From: an uncultured Thermodesulfobacteriota bacterium
GTDB taxonomy: Bacteria; Desulfobacterota; JAFDED01
Direction of reading: 5' to 3'
Assembly: GCA_964611635.1 (NCBI GenBank)
Contig: CAZTAS010000002.1
Span: 12,720 to 76,719 of the forward strand
DNA length: 64,000 bases
Each line of letters starts with the position of its first letter. The stretch's first letter is position 1. Below, one piece after another: positions 57,005 through 64,000 of this stretch. The translations under genes were made by a program, and so were the position numbers. The notes below the pieces were generated by a model. It saw nothing but the letters and a program-made list of their open reading frames with translations, ran no database searches and was not told where the DNA came from.

Positions 57005-58273
57005 TTAAGGATAGATTCCCCGCAGTTTTGTTGCCTGGGCGACCCTGTGCACCCCTAGGGCGAGGGCCGCGGTTCTCATGTGGACCTTCTTCTCTTGACT
57101 CAGTCGATAAACCTCGTCAAAGCTTCGGAACAAAATATGCTCAAGCCTGCGGTTGACTTCTTCTTCGCTCCAGAGCAGTTCCTGGAGATTCTGCACCCAC
57201 TCGAAATACGAAACAGTAACACCACCAGCATTGGCCAGAATATCAGGGATCATCATCACGTTGCGATCATACAAGATGTCATCCGCATCCGGGGTGGTGG
57301 GACCATTGGCCCCTTCTACTATTATATTGGCCTTTACGCGGGGCGCATTCTCCTCGGTGATTACCCCTGCCAGAGCCGCGGGACATAAAATGTCGCACGG
57401 CAGTTCCAGCAGTTCCTCGTTGGTGATGTTGTCGCTTCCGGGGAAGTTCTGTACCGAGTTAGTGTCGCACTTGTGTCTCATCAATGCTTGAATGTCCAGG
57501 CCGTTGGGTGAATACACACCACCCGTCGAGTCGCTGATACCAACAATCCTCACGCCAATATCGCTCATAAGCTTGGCAGCCACCCCCCCTACGTTGCCGA
57601 AGCCCTGAACCACACATGTGGTCCCGTGAAGGTCTATGCCCAATATCTCGGCCGCGCGGATCAGCGTAAGCGTGCATCCCCGGCCTGTGGCCTCCAGCCT
57701 TCCCAGAGATCCACCCAGATCGATGGGCTTGCCGGTGACAACACCAGGCACGGAATAGCCCTTCAAGATGCTGAATGTGTCCATGATCCATGCCATGGTC
57801 TGAGCGTTAGTATACACATCAGGTGCCGGGATGTCACAGTCCGGTCCAAGGATGAAAGAGATTTCCCAGGTATAACGACGCGTTAAGCGCTCTAGCTCGC
57901 CCATCGACATCCTTTTGGGATTGCATTGAATACCGCCTTTTGCCCCGCCGAAAGGAATGTTGACCACTGCGGCCTTCCAGGTCATCCACATGGCCAGTGC
58001 GCGGACTTCATCCAGGTCAACATCCGGGTGATATCGGATGCCCCCCTTGGCGGGTCCCCGGTTCACATTGTGCTGAATGCGATAACCGGTAAAAATTTTA
58101 AAAGTGCCGTCGTCCATTTTCACGGGAAAATGAACAGTCACTTCACGTTTGGTATGCATTAACACTCCCAGAAGATCCTCCTCCAAGTCGATTATGCGAG
58201 CCGCCAGCAAGAGCTGCTTCTGGGCCATCTTAAGGTGTCCTTTTCCTCCACTGGGTTCTTTTGCTGTTACCAT
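57005..58273 (-). CDS. gdhA: Glutamate dehydrogenase (Glu/Leu/Phe/Val dehydrogenase family)
   Basis: GPAKGGIRYHPDV contains the catalytic Lys motif. The nucleotide fold is VQGFGNVGG. I prefer the ATG at 58273, preceded by AGAGGAG. Confidence 0.9.
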   Translation of the reverse strand: MVTAKEPSGGKGHLKMAQKQLLLAARIIDLEEDLLGVLMHTKREVTVHFPVKMDDGTFKIFTGYRIQHNVNRGPAKGGIRYHPDVDLDEVRALAMWMTWKAAVVNIPFGGAKGGIQCNPKRMSMGELERLTRRYTWEISFILGPDCDIPAPDVYTNAQTMAWIMDTFSILKGYSVPGVVTGKPIDLGGSLGRLEATGRGCTLTLIRAAEILGIDLHGTTCVVQGFGNVGGVAAKLMSDIGVRIVGISDSTGGVYSPNGLDIQALMRHKCDTNSVQNFPGSDNITNEELLELPCDILCPAALAGVITEENAPRVKANIIVEGANGPTTPDADDILYDRNVMMIPDILANAGGVTVSYFEWVQNLQELLWSEEEVNRRLEHILFRSFDEVYRLSQEKKVHMRTAALALGVHRVAQATKLRGIYP

Positions 58274-58326
58274 TATTAAAACTCCTCTTGTCAACTAATG
58301 AAACTACCTTTGATGAATACGCGATG

Positions 58327-59184
58327 CTATTTTCTGCCTAACAATCCGTAAAGTTTCATTTTTGCACGAATGGTGTTACGGTTGACCCCTAGAATTTGAG
58401 CGGCATCAATCTGTACCATGTTTGTACGGCTCAATGCCCATCGGATCATGCCTTTTTCTACGAGCTCGATAACCCGGCTGTAAAGGCTCTTGCCCACCCG
58501 GGGTCCCGTGGCTAAAACAGTGACCATTTCGGCAATCCGATGAATGAGCATTTCTTCCATGGAGAGGTTGTTGCCTTGAGTGTCGGGGAGATAGGAAGCG
58601 ATAGTGGATTTTTTCTCCCATGAGCCGTGTATTTCACGGGGATCAAATCGCAGTTCAATCCACTGCTTGAGAAGCATACACACAGCCCCTAGAAGGAGCA
58701 ATTCCTCTTGCAGAATAAGCTGATCAAAGCAAAGCGGCCTGACGCAAATAGAAAGCGCCATATCGTCGTTTAAATTAACGGGAAAGCACAGAGTGTCAAC
58801 CTCGCTCAAGTCCCTGACATAGGTGAGCGATGATCCGTTGTGTATAACAATGTCTTTGCCTTTCTTTCGGTGGATACGTGGCGCAAGAAATTCTTCTTCT
58901 GTCCAACAGCCTTGCTCCAGGGAGGATTTGTTGTGTTTATTCAGGAGATATCCGCAAGAAATTCCTCGTAGCATAGAGGCCCGCTTTTCTTTGGATTGAT
59001 AATTCCACAGTATAATTCCCTCGCACTGCCTGAAAGAATGCTCATCGAGGAGCTTTGCGGCCTGGTGAAATGCTCCTTCCATATCCGTTGCAGCCCTCAA
59101 TATACGACTCAACTTGGAGAATAGCTTTATAGAGGAAAGTGTTGCTTCTTGGTGGCGGGAAGATGTGGGAGAATATTCTTTCAT
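58327..59184 (-). CDS. Transcriptional regulator with a C-terminal Fis-type (HTH_8) DNA-binding domain and an uncharacterised N-terminal sensor-like domain. No AAA+ domain.
   Basis: The C-terminus VEKGMIRWALSRTNMVQIDAAQILGVNRNTIRAKMKLYGL is the NtrC/Fis-type HTH. The protein is only 285 aa, with no Walker A or GAFTGA motif visible. Confidence 0.6.
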   Translation of the reverse strand: MKEYSPTSSRHQEATLSSIKLFSKLSRILRAATDMEGAFHQAAKLLDEHSFRQCEGIILWNYQSKEKRASMLRGISCGYLLNKHNKSSLEQGCWTEEEFLAPRIHRKKGKDIVIHNGSSLTYVRDLSEVDTLCFPVNLNDDMALSICVRPLCFDQLILQEELLLLGAVCMLLKQWIELRFDPREIHGSWEKKSTIASYLPDTQGNNLSMEEMLIHRIAEMVTVLATGPRVGKSLYSRVIELVEKGMIRWALSRTNMVQIDAAQILGVNRNTIRAKMKLYGLLGRK

Positions 59185-60020
59185 GAATATATATCCAAAA
59201 TTACTTGCAATTTGGCTCTATAAATTATCAAGCTGGATGCACTCCAGAATGAAACGAGAATAACCAAGATATATACCGGTGTCAAGGCCAAAAAATGTCA
59301 TTAATGTGGTAATCTCCAACATAGTTATCATCTATTAAAGGCGACTTGTCAAGAGAATAAAGCCTCCCTCTTACCCGTTGAAGGCTTTCTTTTGAGAGGG
59401 ATAAAGATGTTGCTGCTACCATGCTTTCTCTCAATCCGGATCGATCATTCGGGGAAGATCCTGAAAACAATTTGCACCAAATATCCTTATAGGCTCATCA
59501 CGGTCAGCGATCCTGGCTGACAGAATTTTCCGATAAGAGAGGAATGGCGCTAGGAGCCTGTCGAAGAGCTATCCTAATAAAACGATACAAAAATTCCAAA
59601 AACACAATTGGATTCTTTGCTTAAAACCCATGTTCAACAGTTAAAGGCATTTTTTGGCCTCCACTTTTTGAAAAAGGATATCAAGAAGATCATCAATGGG
59701 CTTCTAAAAGCCGTAGGTGAGGGGCCGATGGTATGTGCCGAGGATTGCTCGGCCTTGTTTACGCTGGAGTTCGGAGAGGGCCTTCGAAGGCCACAAGAAC
59801 ATGGGGGTGGCAGTGATGAAGGTTGGCCAGGAGGACTACGGCTACGTCACAATGCCCACTTTTTGGCAACAGAGGATTCTGAAGGCTCTGGGGATTAAGC
59901 CGCCACCACGTATTCTGATCGAGCAAGGCTAAGTATAACAAGAAGATGTGGTGACAATCAAAAAGGTAGGAATTTCAAGTAAAAGGCTCTTTTACATAAT
60001 ATTCTTAAATAGCCAGGCAC

Positions 60021-61181
60021 CTATATGTAGCCTGCCATCAACATTTTTAGATCATTTTCCAGCCAGCCCGAACCGCATTGTTCGAGACGGTGGCGAATCC
60101 GCTCCACCTCAAGGTGCATTACCGGGTTTTCCATGTCGTCCAGGGAACGATATCGCCCTATCCGACGTCCTACCTGGAAATGCCGCCGTTGCTCTTCGGG
60201 AAGAGCACGGTAGCGGTCGATGACTGCCAGCATGCGATCCCTGTCTTCGGGCAAAACACCCTCCACCTCCTCCAGCAGGTTCAGTATGTGATCGCTTACG
60301 AAATGGCTGTGAACCTCTCCCAGCGTCTCGATGAGCAGGCGCTCCTCTTCAACGATTTCGTCATCGCTCATCATCTGGAATTCCCCTGAGGCCACCAGTT
60401 GACACAACTCCGCCGCCGGAGGAACGGCAAGGGTTCGGACTCGGATGAAATGCGGATCGATTCGTGTAAGCACGCGGGCTGTTTCCAGGGCATGCTCTCG
60501 CCAGAGGGCACGGCCGCCCAGGCCCAGGATCACGTATTCAGAAAGATCCATGCCCGCCGCCTTGACTTGAAGCCCGGCCCTCACATGATCCTCGGCCCTC
60601 ACCCCCTTATGGATCATGGCCAGCACGGCATCGCATCCTGACTCCAGGCCGATGTGAATGCGTGTGAGGCCCGCGGTATGCAGAGATCTCAAATCTTCGA
60701 GGCTCTTGCGCGCTATGGTGTGGGAGCGGGCATAAGATGTGACTCGTTGGATACTGGGAAATGTGCTTAGCAGGTACTGTAAAATTTCAACCAAATCAGA
60801 TGCTTTGATCACCAGGCTGTTGGCATCCTGGAGAAAAACCGTCCTGGCACCATGGTAAAGCCATAGTAATATGCTCTGCACGTGGAGACTACCACCGTCA
60901 GGACTCTGGTAGACGCGTCGGACAACATCTTCATTTATTTGTCCGCCCAGTCCCATACTCCAGGAGACATGCCTGATCCGCTCGGCGATTTTCGCCATGG
61001 TGTCAATATCGGCCTTCACATCCTCGACGCTGCGAAGATAAAATCGCTTACCCTTGTATGTGCCACAAAAGGCGCACCTGTTCCACGGACAGTTGCGCGT
61101 GACACGAAGGAGGAGGCTGCGCGCTTCATTGGGTGGCCTTATTGGCCCTTGTTCGAACACCGAAATATTCGTTTCCATCAA
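60021..61181 (-). CDS. Radical SAM-type protein with a Cx4Cx2C cluster motif
   Basis: GPIRPPNEARSLLLRVTRNCPWNRCAFCGTYKG. Cys31, Cys36 and Cys39 are encoded at 61065-61091. The remainder (IHIGLESG) resembles a radical SAM TIM-barrel. Confidence 0.75.
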   Translation of the reverse strand: MMETNISVFEQGPIRPPNEARSLLLRVTRNCPWNRCAFCGTYKGKRFYLRSVEDVKADIDTMAKIAERIRHVSWSMGLGGQINEDVVRRVYQSPDGGSLHVQSILLWLYHGARTVFLQDANSLVIKASDLVEILQYLLSTFPSIQRVTSYARSHTIARKSLEDLRSLHTAGLTRIHIGLESGCDAVLAMIHKGVRAEDHVRAGLQVKAAGMDLSEYVILGLGGRALWREHALETARVLTRIDPHFIRVRTLAVPPAAELCQLVASGEFQMMSDDEIVEEERLLIETLGEVHSHFVSDHILNLLEEVEGVLPEDRDRMLAVIDRYRALPEEQRRHFQVGRRIGRYRSLDDMENPVMHLEVERIRHRLEQCGSGWLENDLKMLMAGYI

Positions 61182-61375
61182 TGATTAAAATAAAGTCTTT
61201 CACCCGGAAAGTCAATTTGACATAAGAATAGCAAAATAGCGTTGCATAGGGGGATAAATGTATGCTATGTTTATTAAATAGCTCAAAAAAAGTAAGAGCG
61301 GATACAGTGAAAAACTGAGTTTTTTCGGTCAACGGGACACAGGAAAACTTCTTTCCCGAACACAAGGAGGTACTG

Positions 61376-62242
61376 ATGCAGAACACATCGAATCCAGAGG
61401 AAATGATCAAGGAAATCATTACCAGATTCGTCCGGGAGCGCCCCGAGAACAAGGCCAAGGCTTTTGAAGGCCATAGTTACTGGGATGACCCTCTGGTGGG
61501 ATTTGCCAGCGGCCAAGACTCCCTTTTCCAGGATTACAAGGAGATTATAGGAGACTTTCACATGACCCCGGCAGAGGCGCTGGGAAAGGTCTACCCTGCG
61601 GAGGTGGACGAGAAGTCGCCGGTTTTTGTCATTTCCTGGATTCTTCCCGCATCGGAGGCCGTGCGAGCCAGCAACCGGAATCAGACTGAATTGCCCTCCA
61701 AATTCTGGGCCCATGCTCGCAATTTTGGAGAGATCTGCAACATGGCCTTGCGAGACCACGTGGTGGATTCGCTCCGCTCCATGGGCTATCGGGCGGTGTC
61801 TCCTTTCAATTCCCAGCATTTCCGGCGGCTTGAGAGCACGCCCGTGGGCATTGCCTCAAACTGGTCTGAGCGGCACGTGGCTCATGCTTGCGGCCTGGGC
61901 ACCTTTGGACTGAGCGACGGCCTCATAACCCCTCGAGGGAAAGCTATGCGGTGCGGCTCCGTGGTGACCGACATGCCCCTCACACCCACCCCCAGGCCTT
62001 ACAAGACCCACACGGAATACTGTCTATTCCATGCCAACGGCACGTGCGGGGAGTGCATGAGGCGGTGTCCTGCCGGCGCCATCACAGAGGCGGGCCACGA
62101 TAAGGAGATGTGCAGGAATTACGCGTATACTAAAGTCAAATCAATCATTAATTCCAGATATGGAGTGCTTGCGGGCGGATGCGGCCTCTGCCAGGCTGGA
62201 GTTTCATGCGAGGGGGGTATACCTGAGCCGGATATGGGATGA
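61376..62242 (+). CDS. QueG/RdhA-superfamily-like 4Fe-4S protein, paralog 3
   Basis: SERHVAHACGLGTFGLSDGLITPRGKAMRCGSVVTDMPL. Cys clusters are CGECMRRCPAGAI and CGLCQAGVSCE. Confidence 0.75.
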   Translation: MQNTSNPEEMIKEIITRFVRERPENKAKAFEGHSYWDDPLVGFASGQDSLFQDYKEIIGDFHMTPAEALGKVYPAEVDEKSPVFVISWILPASEAVRASNRNQTELPSKFWAHARNFGEICNMALRDHVVDSLRSMGYRAVSPFNSQHFRRLESTPVGIASNWSERHVAHACGLGTFGLSDGLITPRGKAMRCGSVVTDMPLTPTPRPYKTHTEYCLFHANGTCGECMRRCPAGAITEAGHDKEMCRNYAYTKVKSIINSRYGVLAGGCGLCQAGVSCEGGIPEPDMG

Positions 62243-62305
62243 GAAAGCTGCAAATAGCCTCCTCCCTGTGAAAAGGCCAGCCTCGCTGTGCGGATAGTTT
62301 ATCAT

Positions 62306-62340
62306 AATGGGCGGCTATTGTAGTTGCCCATTTATTTTTT
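62306..62340 (+). terminator. Intrinsic-terminator-like hairpin after the Fe-S gene
   Basis: AATGGGC (62306-62312) pairs with GCCCATT (62326-62332), with a 13-nt loop, followed by TATTTTTT. Confidence 0.45.
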
Positions 62341-62394
62341 ATGCTGCAAAAGATGTTGCCTGGGCCGATGGATTAGAATTTTGCAATTAATGAA

Positions 62395-63192
62395 TCATGC
62401 AATCAGCTTTCCCTCCCGGCTGGCCCGGATGTAGTTCATACAGTAGTCGTCCTGGCCCAGAAGAACCCGGGTTGTTATCAGGGTGGTGATTAGCTTATCG
62501 TCCAGAGGATCCAGGATGGCAGCGCTCAGGCCTGCACCCAGGGCCAGTGCAAGGAAGTTGCGGTTGATGAGATGGCGCTCTGGAAGGCCAAAGGATATAT
62601 TGGAGAGACCGCAGATGGTGTTTACCCCGGGCAGCTCCTTGTGAATGCGAGCAATTGTTTCCAGAGCGATCTTTCCCATGCGTACGTCCGTGCTGATGGG
62701 CTGAATCAGAGGATCCAGGTATATATGATCTCTGGCAATCCCCATGGCCTCAAGATCTGCCACAAGACGGTGGGCATTTTCCAGAACCCGTTCGGCATCT
62801 CTGGGCATCCCCCGGTCATCCATGCAGAGTGCTACAATTTCACATTCCCTTGAAGTTATCACCGGGCTCATCTTCTCGAACCGATCCTTCTCGGCGGTGG
62901 TGGAATTGATCAATGGTCGGTGCCGCACCCGCTCCATGGCCTTCATGAGTACTTCGGGACTGGGACTGTCCAGAGCCAGAGGGACATCCACCGCCTCCTG
63001 GATTACGTCGATAAGCCAAAGGACATCCGCCATTTCGCTCCCCAGACGGGAACCCGCGTTGACGTCAATATAGTTCGCGCCCGCGGCCACCTGTGCCTTG
63101 ACATCACTCTGGATATAGGCCGTATCTCCGGCCCCCACCGCCTCGTCAACTTTTTTCCTGCTGGTGTTGATGCGTTCCCCCACGATCAGCAT
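62395..63192 (-). CDS. Pterin-binding methyltransferase (methyltetrahydrofolate:corrinoid methyltransferase / DHPS-like fold)
   Basis: MLIVGERINTSRKKV...AGANYIDVNAG is the AcsE/MetH-pterin-domain-type N-terminus. 265 aa. Confidence 0.8.
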   Translation of the reverse strand: MLIVGERINTSRKKVDEAVGAGDTAYIQSDVKAQVAAGANYIDVNAGSRLGSEMADVLWLIDVIQEAVDVPLALDSPSPEVLMKAMERVRHRPLINSTTAEKDRFEKMSPVITSRECEIVALCMDDRGMPRDAERVLENAHRLVADLEAMGIARDHIYLDPLIQPISTDVRMGKIALETIARIHKELPGVNTICGLSNISFGLPERHLINRNFLALALGAGLSAAILDPLDDKLITTLITTRVLLGQDDYCMNYIRASREGKLIA

Positions 63193-63260
63193 GGTTTCTC
63201 CTCCCCGTCGGTTTGTTGATTAGTGAGGAAAATAAAGGGAAAGGCAGCGATTGTCAACTG

Positions 63261-63533
63261 TTATTCTTGGACATACGTGTAGCCTCTGGATTCCATGCAC
63301 CGCTTCCATTCTTCTCTTACAGCAAGTCTTACTCCGTGCGGGCCAATTTCAAAGGGAACTCCTATACTTTCTCTGTACAGCAGGCGCGCTTTATATTCGC
63401 AGTCGTATAAATCTCTTTTGTAATCGGCTTCGGTTTTATCGCTGGGAATAATAAATTGAGGTGGAGCACAGCCGAAAAGCATTGAAAACGAAAGAGATAA
63501 AATCAAGGCGAACATTATGTCTTTCGTTATCAT
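63261..63533 (-). CDS. Small putative lipoprotein, function unknown
   Basis: MITKDIMFALILSLSFSMLFGC has a lipobox-like LFGC. The start is uncertain (63533 versus 63581). No family recognised. Confidence 0.45.
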   Translation of the reverse strand: MITKDIMFALILSLSFSMLFGCAPPQFIIPSDKTEADYKRDLYDCEYKARLLYRESIGVPFEIGPHGVRLAVREEWKRCMESRGYTYVQE

Positions 63534-64000
63534 GAGAAAAGCCTGCTTTCTCCCAACGATCTTGGAGACTGGCACAGACAAATTTTCGTATAGGCCGCAA
63601 ACCGAAAAAAGGATTTACTCAGGACAACATGGCGCCATTGCGATCAATTGAAGGAAGGAAGCTAACATAACCCCATGCTGCTGCGCAGCCCAATCGTCCA
63701 GCCCACCCGCGGCGAGTATCTCCGGCGGACAATTTGTCAGGTTGGCAATGTTCCTTTTCTTAACTTTCCCTTCCTCGATATACGACTTGCCGTTTTTTGG
63801 ATGGCCATCTTGCTCTCGATATTGCTTGTCATAATATTACATCATATTTTTCAAATCAAGTTTTATAAGACAATGCCTATTTCAATTTACATAATTACAT
63901 TTTAGAGCAAAAACATGGCAGTAGGCGGGGATGAAGCGCTGGTTCAAATAATGGTTTGCTCCTGGATGCTGGATGCAGGTGATGAAGCACGCACAATTCA

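Noticed and set aside
63600-63840. A minus-strand frame reading ...KNGKSYIEEGKVKKRNIANLTNCPPEILAAG..., vaguely like the N-terminus of IS1634-type transposases.
   Set aside because: The stretch is very short, the resemblance is weak, and the frame is interrupted. It is not supportable without a database search.
63914-64000. An ATG-initiated open frame (MAVGGDEALVQIMVCSWMLDAGDEARTI...) running off the right edge.
   Set aside because: Only 29 codons are visible and there is no recognisable motif.
1-64000. A search for tRNA, rRNA, tmRNA, RNase P and cobalamin-riboswitch signatures.
   Set aside because: I spotted no T-loop GGTTCGAATCC-type contexts, rRNA-like stretches or B12-box-like sequences. 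This absence should be confirmed with tRNAscan-SE and Infernal.

Overview
A 64-kb chromosomal segment, apparently from an anaerobic bacterium that metabolises organic acids. The lineage cannot be fixed by eye. The gene content and the GC-rich palindromic intergenic repeats resemble Desulfobacterota or syntroph-type genomes, but that is inference only. I support about 50 protein genes. Left to right they are: (1) a 2-oxoacid:ferredoxin oxidoreductase operon (delta-alpha-beta, minus strand), divergent from a succinyl-CoA-synthetase-like pair that is split by a small Fe-S protein; (2) a patchwork of a TIM-barrel isomerase, two EamA transporters and a DinB protein, with mobile-element debris; (3) three separate tripartite tricarboxylate transporter (TTT, tctCBA) operons, each embedded in a different catabolic-looking cluster. 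One cluster carries an MBL hydrolase. A second carries cyclase, enolase-superfamily, M29-like and two QueG/RdhA-like Fe-S genes. The third carries an AprA/fumarate-reductase-like flavoprotein, a GltD-like oxidoreductase, an ADP-forming acyl-CoA synthetase and a CitE-like lyase; (4) a bacterial alpha-2-macroglobulin plus PBP1C pair; (5) back-to-back with that pair, a type I-G (formerly I-U) CRISPR-Cas cassette (cas3-csx17-csb1-csb2) with a 4-repeat mini-array and no cas1/cas2/cas4; (6) a liv-type ABC transporter, glutamate dehydrogenase with a Fis-HTH regulator, a radical SAM protein, a third QueG/RdhA-like protein and a pterin-binding methyltransferase. I found no rRNA or tRNA by eye. The observations most worth a second look are the adaptation-less type I-G system, the three paralogous short QueG/RdhA-like Fe-S proteins tied to TTT transporters, the REP-like palindromes placed just after tctC genes, the ferredoxin-interrupted SCS-like operon, and the radical SAM protein with Cx4Cx2C spacing. 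All functional calls rest on motif and family recognition by eye; no database search was run.
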